Shown here piece after piece: positions 63,836 to 64,000 of a stretch of DNA of 64,000 bases (positions within the stretch are counted from its first letter, which is position 1; each line of letters starts with the position of its first letter). The stretch comes from Phoronis australis (Eukaryota; Animalia; Phoronida). The notes beneath the pieces were generated by a model that was not told where the DNA came from, ran no database searches, and was given only the letters and a program-made list of their open reading frames with translations. The stretch spans positions 356,921 through 420,920 of the forward strand of contig NMRA01000188.1 of NCBI GenBank assembly GCA_002633005.1, in the 5' to 3' direction. Made by a program: the position numbers and the translations under genes.

Positions 63836-64000
63836 GTACTACATCGAAGATAATGGCTGTCTTACAGTTTCCGTAAACATTTCATGTTTACGCTAGTTTG
63901 TAACTGATTGGGTGAGCAGCCAATGATTCCTTGTAAAAAATTGCCATGGCAGTTATAACATTATGTTGGGAAAGTGAGATTGTCGTGTAGTGACAAAAGT

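Noticed and set aside
1-64000. CRISPR array, rRNA or prokaryotic operons
   Set aside because: No regularly spaced repeat-spacer array or rRNA-like sequence was seen, and the gene structure is spliceosomal.

Overview
Eukaryotic (animal, probably marine invertebrate) genomic DNA, AT-rich and dense in transposons, with one 715-nt N gap and several single-N joins. The host genes are a six-exon flavin-containing monooxygenase (FMO, minus strand, 12797-32867, 548 aa by my exon join), a tandem-duplicated and decayed FMO copy (40038-42508) and an intronless class A GPCR (60920-61936). Mobile DNA includes a decayed BEL/Pao LTR retrotransposon, an L1/Tx1-type LINE remnant, Kolobok-like THAP elements, Academ remnants, a Polinton polB fragment, two TTAA-flanked Sola3-like elements, a solo LTR and hAT-like MITEs. 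The most striking object is a very young 2.5-kb LTR retroelement (48283-50806). It has 305-bp LTRs differing at one base, a TTAC target duplication, a tRNA-Ser primer binding site and a polypurine tract. It has no gag or pol, and its only cargo is an intact TatD-family nuclease. The GPCR also sits between diverged inverted repeats. All family assignments come from motif recognition by eye; no searches were run.
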